Shown one piece after another: positions 58,097 to 64,000 of a stretch of 64,000 nucleotides of DNA; the stretch's first letter is position 1; every line of letters begins with the position of its first letter. The translations under genes and the position numbers were made by a program. The stretch is taken from IMG/VR virus record IMGVR_UViG_3300043397_000067, positions 16,015 through 80,014 of that record, one strand, 5' to 3'. The notes beneath the pieces were generated by a model. The model did no database searches. It saw only the letters and a program-made list of their open reading frames with translations, and was not told the DNA's origin. This DNA is from a virus.

Positions 58097-58437
58097 TCAA
58101 AGTTGCAGAAGCTGAGGGCGCCACGCTTGACTGGTTGGTGGCGAAGTGCGAGGGCTTTATCGGCGCAGACGGTAAGTACACCGACGAGTACTGTGATAGC
58201 CTGAGACACGACCAAGACGGTGGATTCTCAACCGAATGGGCACAAGGTGGCCCGATCATTGAGCTGGAACGCATCTGCCTGCGCGACACAGGCGATGAAG
58301 ACGATCTGATGTGGGAAGCGACCGACCAGCGCGAGAGCACGTATTTTCGCGGCCCCACACCCTTGATCGCAGCCATGCGCTGCTACGTGGCGTCCAAGCT
58401 TGGAGAGGAAGTGGAGGTTCCAGATGGCCTTAGTTAA
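58090..58437 (+). CDS. NinX-family (DUF2591) protein
   Basis: LDWLVA, STEWAQGGPIIE, GPTPLIAAMRCYVASKLG motifs. Confidence 0.8.
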   Translation: MLVKVAEAEGATLDWLVAKCEGFIGADGKYTDEYCDSLRHDQDGGFSTEWAQGGPIIELERICLRDTGDEDDLMWEATDQRESTYFRGPTPLIAAMRCYVASKLGEEVEVPDGLS

Positions 58438-58807
58438 AGCATCCCAACTAACCATCGGGCAAGTCGTAAGGGCTGACATGGGCCTAGGTGGCACCGAGAT
58501 GATGGAGAATTGCAAGATTACTTCCATTACCACTACAACAGGCCACTTTGGCGGCACTGTAGTGCGATTCAAAGTTAAAAGACCCTGCGGAGAAGTGGTG
58601 CATGTATTCGACCACGCACCAAACGCTCTGGTAGAGGTGCAAGAACCGTTAAGATTGGGCATTACCAGCCAACAACTTGCAGCAATGCAGCGCAAAGTAA
58701 ACAGCTTAGAAAGAGAAGCTGATGCCATTGAGCCAACACCAATAAGGCACGAGATTAGCAAGCGTATTGTAGAGATACGCAAGTTGCTTCGTGATGGGCA
58801 CCTGTAA
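58424..58807 (+). CDS. hypothetical protein
   Basis: GGAGG RBS. Confidence 0.6.
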   Translation: MALVKASQLTIGQVVRADMGLGGTEMMENCKITSITTTTGHFGGTVVRFKVKRPCGEVVHVFDHAPNALVEVQEPLRLGITSQQLAAMQRKVNSLEREADAIEPTPIRHEISKRIVEIRKLLRDGHL

Positions 58808-58820
58808 CGGAGAAACCTGT

Positions 58821-59102
58821 ATGACCCACCAAGAACTTTGCGCCGAAGTGCGCCGCTGCATGGACCTTGAAGGCAGGCCCCAGCCAGAAGACCTGTTCGA
58901 CGAGTGCCTGCGCTTGTTTATGCAGCTTAACATCTGCAGCAAGCCTCACAAGAACAAGGTGCAAGGCTTGCATTACACTGCCGCCAAGTGGACAGAAGAC
59001 GGCACCATAGGGTATGCCCCAAGCGACGGAGCTTCGCACATGGAAGCCATGATGCGATGCTACGTTGCATACGTAAGGAGAATCAAATGCGGTACTGTTT
59101 GA
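58821..59102 (+). CDS. NinX-like protein (divergent)
   Basis: GASHMEAMMRCYVA resembles the NinX C-terminus; GGAG RBS. Confidence 0.5.
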   Translation: MTHQELCAEVRRCMDLEGRPQPEDLFDECLRLFMQLNICSKPHKNKVQGLHYTAAKWTEDGTIGYAPSDGASHMEAMMRCYVAYVRRIKCGTV

Positions 59103-59284
59103 TACTGACCCTGCTACTTGCGGGGTGTAATGCGGCATATGTAAGTACAGCTACGTGGGATAAAGCACGGGAAATGTGCCAGTCCAATGGTGGTCTACAG
59201 GGCGCTAGTGTCATATTCCACAAAGGCAGCGAAACCGTAGTCGCTATTTGCAGCAATGGCGTAGAAGCGAGGGCTAAAAAATGA
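59087..59284 (+). CDS. small lipoprotein
   Basis: MRYCLILTLLLAG-C lipobox; AAGGAG RBS. Confidence 0.7.
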   Translation: MRYCLILTLLLAGCNAAYVSTATWDKAREMCQSNGGLQGASVIFHKGSETVVAICSNGVEARAKK

Positions 59285-60102
59285 GCGACAAAGAGTTGTT
59301 TAACAGGCTAAGAGACTGCGCTAAAAGAAGGGGTATAATCCTCCACCCTAACGGAGGCACTTATCCAACCCTTGTAGCTGCCCTTCGGGATACGTTGAAG
59401 GTGTGGCTGTCCAATGACCAGTATAACGCAGTACGAACCCTGTTCGACTACAGAGCTGTGATGCTTGGAAACAAAAACATTGATAGCTGGATTGCGTTCG
59501 ATGTAGCGTATTACAAGTCACAGCCAGCACCACTGAAAGATATAGCTGCCATAGTAGGCTACTACAAAGCATTCAGTGAACGTGAGGGTGGAAGAGTCAC
59601 AATAGACCACGCTATTGCAAAGATGCTGCTGGCACATGGTTACGAGCCAAATGAGTTGGCTCAAGAGCCGCTCGACTCTATCGAGCAAGATGAAGGAGAA
59701 AATGACATGAGTGAGAAGAACGCAGTTGCGCTTGTTCGCAACGACACGAAGACGGTTGAAGTCGAACATGACGGCTCCGAAAAAACATATACGTATGTCA
59801 CGACATTTGACCTACAGCCCGATGACATGATCGTCGTCAAGAACATCCGAGGACTTGCACTGGGCAAAGTCAAGGCTGTGCATGAGCGCCTTGAGATTCA
59901 GCCCAATGCAAGCATCACGTATGCCTACGTCGTCGCCAAGATCGACATGGGACCCTACAACCGGCTGCTGGAGGAAAACGCGCAGATCGAAAAAGTTCTT
60001 GCGGACGCTTACCGGCTCCGCGCCCAAGCCTCGTTCCGAGAGCAGATGCTGGCCACCCTGCCTGCCGAAGCCTTGGCCCTGCTGCCTAGCAGTGTGAAAT
60101 GA
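59281..60102 (+). CDS. hypothetical protein (possible internal start at ~59701-59707)
   Basis: ATGA coupling; internal AAGGAG followed by ATG. Confidence 0.6.
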   Translation: MSDKELFNRLRDCAKRRGIILHPNGGTYPTLVAALRDTLKVWLSNDQYNAVRTLFDYRAVMLGNKNIDSWIAFDVAYYKSQPAPLKDIAAIVGYYKAFSEREGGRVTIDHAIAKMLLAHGYEPNELAQEPLDSIEQDEGENDMSEKNAVALVRNDTKTVEVEHDGSEKTYTYVTTFDLQPDDMIVVKNIRGLALGKVKAVHERLEIQPNASITYAYVVAKIDMGPYNRLLEENAQIEKVLADAYRLRAQASFREQMLATLPAEALALLPSSVK

Positions 60103-60251
60103 ACCGGCACCCCACACCGAGGAAGAATCCGGCGCAATTACTGGCAGTATTTGGCCAACTTGTGCGGGCATACACCGATATGTGGGGTATGCCACCAGAT
60201 AAGGATGCTGTGCTAAATGCGTGGCATCAAGCAAAGAGCCTTGTAGGTTGA
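60099..60251 (+). CDS. small hypothetical protein (50 aa; not in ORF track)
   Basis: ATGA overlap; MNRHPTPRKN...SLVG*. Confidence 0.4.
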   Translation: MNRHPTPRKNPAQLLAVFGQLVRAYTDMWGMPPDKDAVLNAWHQAKSLVG

Positions 60252-60334
60252 GCTTTAATCAACCTTCGACACCGGGCCGCTATACAAGCCACGTACAGCG
60301 GCCTTTTCATCGTCCACAACTTAAAAGGACTATC

Positions 60335-60949
60335 ATGGCAATCATCAAAATCACCGTCGCCCAAGCCCAAGCACTCTTGGCTGCTCGTACCCTGTCTTCT
60401 TCGGGCCGTGCGACTGAGAAGAAGCGCATCTTCGCTCAGATTCGTGCAGCCCACGGCATTGCTCGGTCTACACGCTTTCGTGTGGCAGTGGAAAATCCTG
60501 ACAACCCACGCTATCTCGTGTTGCGGAACAAGCGCACGGACCAGCCGTTGACTAACAACTTGCCAGAGCCTACCATCACGGCGGCAGTGGCACCTCCTGC
60601 ACCGGCACCAGTGCCTGCACCAGTGCCTGCACCAGTGCCTGCACCAGCCCCAGCGGCACCTGCCAAGCCTGCTGCCAAGGTTGCTGCCAAGGTTGCTGCC
60701 AAGAAAGCGCCTGCCAAAAAGGCGGCAACTGTGGCCAAAAAGCCCGCAACTGCGGCGAAAAAGGCGGCAACTCCGGCTAAAAAGGTCGCCGCCAAGAAGG
60801 CACCTGCCAAGGTTGCTGCCAAGCCTGCAGCCAAGAAAGCTGTGCCTGCCAAGAAGGTAGCAGCGAAGGCTGCACCGGCCAAGGCTCCCGCCAAAGCGCC
60901 TGCCAAGAAAGCTGTGCCTGCCAAGAAGACAACGAAGGCTGCTAAGTAA
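60335..60949 (+). CDS. histone H1-like (AlgP/Hc2-type) basic DNA-binding protein
   Basis: AAAGGA RBS; (PAPV)n linker then ~95 aa of PAKK/AAKK repeats. Confidence 0.75.
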   Translation: MAIIKITVAQAQALLAARTLSSSGRATEKKRIFAQIRAAHGIARSTRFRVAVENPDNPRYLVLRNKRTDQPLTNNLPEPTITAAVAPPAPAPVPAPVPAPVPAPAPAAPAKPAAKVAAKVAAKKAPAKKAATVAKKPATAAKKAATPAKKVAAKKAPAKVAAKPAAKKAVPAKKVAAKAAPAKAPAKAPAKKAVPAKKTTKAAK

Positions 60950-61010
60950 GTAGCACCAAGCGGGAGGTAGTTACATCGACTACCTCCCAACTTAGTATAG
61001 GAGTAGTGAC

Positions 61011-62771
61011 ATGAAACTGAGCGACAAAATCACAAGCAGAGATCAGTGGGAAAGCCTGAACATGGCTCACCACTACCACCAGTACGCCATTCTTGAAGAA
61101 GACAGGTTCGCATGGTGGGCGCACCGTGAAAATGCCCGTATTCAGACAGGCCAATACAAAACAACAACCCAACTGAATCGGCTCAATACCCGCCTGCCAC
61201 ACTATATTCATGTATCTAGCCGTGACCCGGCTATGATTGCCTATACACCGGACGCACAGACCGGAGAGAAAGACATTCAAATTGTCTCTACGCTGGGCAA
61301 GTATCTCAGCAAGTATGCAGCTTCCTACACGGACGACGTTATCCGTGAATTTGTCGAAGCCCACCAGTCCGAAGCCTGTGCAAAGCTTGAGTACCTAGAC
61401 GGCACGGACATTACTGACATTGGGTACGGTAAAGACTCACCGCACTCTTGCATGAACGAGCAGTATCGCTACTTCTCTAACATGATGAGCAACACCGGCG
61501 GCATCCGTCCAACGAGGGTGTACGAAGTGCCCGGTATTCGTATGGCCATTGTACGTCGCAGGGACGGCACTATTCAGCAACGTACACTTGTGCGGGAAGA
61601 CACCAAGCAGTACATTCGCATGTATGGTAGCGGCCCACTTATCAACCTGCTTACGGAAGCTGGTTATTCTGTGGGCAACTTCATTGGTATGAAGCTCAGA
61701 GCTATAAAAGCCGAAGAAGGCAAGTACATCGTGCCTTACATCGACGGAGACGGAGAATCTGGCTCCAGTTACACAAGCTCAGTGGCCGTTATAGGTGAAG
61801 ACCTGTGCGTCCTGACAGGAGAGCAAAAAGATGCACTTGATAATGCAGGCTTTCGCTACCGCACTGCGACCGAGACAGCAGGAACACTGGACCTTGACCC
61901 CATTGCTATGGATGAATTTGTGTTTAAGGACGCAATCACCGGGGATATAGTAGATATCTTCGATACAGGTGACAGGGTGTGGCCTACTATTTCAGTCGTG
62001 GATGGTGAAGTAGTACAGGGAAAGACAACCCTGAGCGTAAATAGAGCACTGGTTGATTTTGGCGTATCAAAGGTCCAGTACCTTGGAAATTCGATCTATC
62101 TGGTAGGCAAAGCCGACTTGTTTGATCTATGCAAGCTCGATACGCCAGAGAATCGTGCGTACTACAACTACGTGAAGCTCGACCATACCTTCTACCCAGA
62201 CTCTACAGAGTGGGTATCTTGTGACGAAGCGGTTCGCACAGAAGACGGCACCTTTATTAAGGTGACAGATGCTGTGAAGTTGTACCGTAGCGCCGATTCT
62301 ACTACAGTCTTCGTACACAAAGACCACAACCTTGACGGGTTCGTTAAGATGACGAACGAGTACAACGGGTTTGCTTTGTACACCTACCCGGAAGACGTAC
62401 AGACATACGAGGGTGTTCTGTACTCACAAACTTATCAGCGACTTTTGCCACGTACAGACGGCTTGATGGGCTTTGAGTGTGATGGCTGGCATCTTTACAA
62501 CTTCCGGGGGCATAGCTGCTTATACAAGACGGGAGACAAGACAAGGGCTATTGAAATCGCCAAGATGGCCTACGTACGGAACCGTGCCGAGGGTTACGGT
62601 TCCGTGCTGAGTTACGTGAGAGAGTGGTTTAACGTAGATGATGACCTACAATTCATCGTTGATACGCTCAAGCCTTCCGAAGAACTATGGAAGCAGTCGC
62701 TAGACACCAACTATTTCGTCTTCAAGCTGGCAGAAGAAGAGCTTGAAAAATCCGCAGCAACCGCTGCATAA
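61011..62771 (+). CDS. large hypothetical protein (SCM...YIR.YG...PY.D family)
   Basis: AGGAG RBS; paralogous to the next ORF. Confidence 0.75.
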   Translation: MKLSDKITSRDQWESLNMAHHYHQYAILEEDRFAWWAHRENARIQTGQYKTTTQLNRLNTRLPHYIHVSSRDPAMIAYTPDAQTGEKDIQIVSTLGKYLSKYAASYTDDVIREFVEAHQSEACAKLEYLDGTDITDIGYGKDSPHSCMNEQYRYFSNMMSNTGGIRPTRVYEVPGIRMAIVRRRDGTIQQRTLVREDTKQYIRMYGSGPLINLLTEAGYSVGNFIGMKLRAIKAEEGKYIVPYIDGDGESGSSYTSSVAVIGEDLCVLTGEQKDALDNAGFRYRTATETAGTLDLDPIAMDEFVFKDAITGDIVDIFDTGDRVWPTISVVDGEVVQGKTTLSVNRALVDFGVSKVQYLGNSIYLVGKADLFDLCKLDTPENRAYYNYVKLDHTFYPDSTEWVSCDEAVRTEDGTFIKVTDAVKLYRSADSTTVFVHKDHNLDGFVKMTNEYNGFALYTYPEDVQTYEGVLYSQTYQRLLPRTDGLMGFECDGWHLYNFRGHSCLYKTGDKTRAIEIAKMAYVRNRAEGYGSVLSYVREWFNVDDDLQFIVDTLKPSEELWKQSLDTNYFVFKLAEEELEKSAATAA

Positions 62772-62789
62772 CTTGAAAGGATGTACATC

Positions 62790-64000
62790 ATGTACGAGAA
62801 ACTCGGTGACAAAATCACCTCAGTTGAGGCGCTTGCAGAAGCGCTTCACATACAAAAGCACCAGATACCAGACCTTGTTCTGATGCCCCCTAGAAACGGG
62901 GTGATAAGTAGCTCACCGAAGAAGTGGTGGGCTTACCGTGAGCAAGTACGGCTGAACATGAATGTTTACTACCAAACATCTGTGCTTGAGTCGCTGAATA
63001 AGCAACTGGGTATATACGCTCACGTTTCCAAGGAAGACCCGGAAATGGTGGCCTATACGCCGGATAACCAAGCAGGTGAGCAAGACCGCCAGCTGCGTAC
63101 CACACTTGGCAAGCTCATTACCAAGTACTACCCATCCATCAAGGACGAGGCGGTAAACGACTTCGTATCGACTCATAAGTCAGAGCTGTCAGATGAAATC
63201 TTCTGGCTTGACGGTGACGATATTGCCAACATCGGCTACGGTCCTGATAGCGTAGGGTCCTGCATGTCAACCAGCTACAACAACCGTGAGAGCATTATGA
63301 GAGCTACTGGTGGGCTGGCACCAGCGCTGGTCTATTCGATGCCCAACATTCGGATGGCTGTTCTGTACGACAAAGACGGCAAGATTAATGCTCGGTCATT
63401 GGTACGGGAAGACAAGAAGCAGTACATCCGTGTTTACGGTGACGCACTGCTTACCAAGCGACTCGCACGTAACGGCTACAGCCTTGGGGACTGGCAGGGT
63501 ATTGAGTTGAAGGCCATCCCAACAGGCAGTGACTACCTTATGTCCTACCTTGACGGCATGAACGCAGCAGGAAACAGGGAAAACGCAAGTGTTGCCATGC
63601 TCGATGACAAGTTGGTCGTTCTTACAAGGGAACAGGTAGCTGCATACTACACAAGGTTTCATAGCAACCCTTCCACTGGGATTACAACGGCTGGTAAAGT
63701 CAAGCCGTCGGTGGTCAACTCAATCGACTTTATTGTTACCGACGGCCTCACTGGTCAGACGTATAACCTGCTGGCGGAGACAGTACAGTTTAGGAACTAC
63801 ACTGTAGTTCGTAATGATGTGATAGATAATGTCAGCACTGCGTCAGACATGACCATCTACCCCCTGTGCATGGCTTACGGAAGAACCGTCTACTGTATGG
63901 ACGGTAATGAACTTGTGGACTATGCAGGAAACAAGTACTACAACACGGAGAAAAACCTTGTACAGTACAGCTTGGTACGTCTCGATGCAGAGTTGTACCC
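62790..64000 (+). CDS. paralog of 61011-62771 (3' truncated; not in ORF track)
   Basis: MYEKLGDKITS...HVSKEDPEMVAYTPD...TLGK...SCM...IRMA...LVREDKKQYIRVYG aligns by eye with the upstream gene. Confidence 0.8.
   Translation, partial: MYEKLGDKITSVEALAEALHIQKHQIPDLVLMPPRNGVISSSPKKWWAYREQVRLNMNVYYQTSVLESLNKQLGIYAHVSKEDPEMVAYTPDNQAGEQDRQLRTTLGKLITKYYPSIKDEAVNDFVSTHKSELSDEIFWLDGDDIANIGYGPDSVGSCMSTSYNNRESIMRATGGLAPALVYSMPNIRMAVLYDKDGKINARSLVREDKKQYIRVYGDALLTKRLARNGYSLGDWQGIELKAIPTGSDYLMSYLDGMNAAGNRENASVAMLDDKLVVLTREQVAAYYTRFHSNPSTGITTAGKVKPSVVNSIDFIVTDGLTGQTYNLLAETVQFRNYTVVRNDVIDNVSTASDMTIYPLCMAYGRTVYCMDGNELVDYAGNKYYNTEKNLVQYSLVRLDAELY

Overview
This window is about 64 kb of a lytic-looking, long-tailed dsDNA bacteriophage (siphovirus). 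No integrase, repressor or CRISPR array is visible. It has three blocks. (1) 1-14067, + strand, replication, recombination and nucleotide metabolism: partial SNF2-type helicase, AEP primase-helicase fusion, tRNA(CAU), DEDDh exonuclease, two NTP pyrophosphohydrolases, a three-domain family A DNA polymerase, ThyA, a PD-(D/E)XK resolvase and an SbcD/SbcC-like pair. (2) 14092-48497, - strand, morphogenesis and lysis: terminase, portal, an unusual 7-gene insert, S49 protease/scaffold, capsid, neck/tail genes with a -1 frameshift chaperone, a 2231-aa tape measure, two fibres and a GH19 endolysin, with one antisense homing endonuclease. (3) 48.5-64 kb, + strand, early/accessory region. The most unusual signals are non-coding. 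At the late/early divergence there are five DnaA boxes beside an AT-rich tract and rrn-type boxA-like elements. A hairpin-dense ~1.1 kb ORF-free stretch follows, then a strand-specific cluster of 19 TTGCGG motifs and duplicated gene-plus-palindrome cassettes. Quasi-periodic TpA-free islands recur about every 2-3 kb in an otherwise TpA-rich genome. The early region also encodes a histone H1-like protein and an AT-hook protein with an SSB C-terminal mimic. All functional calls come from motif recognition by eye; no database search was run.
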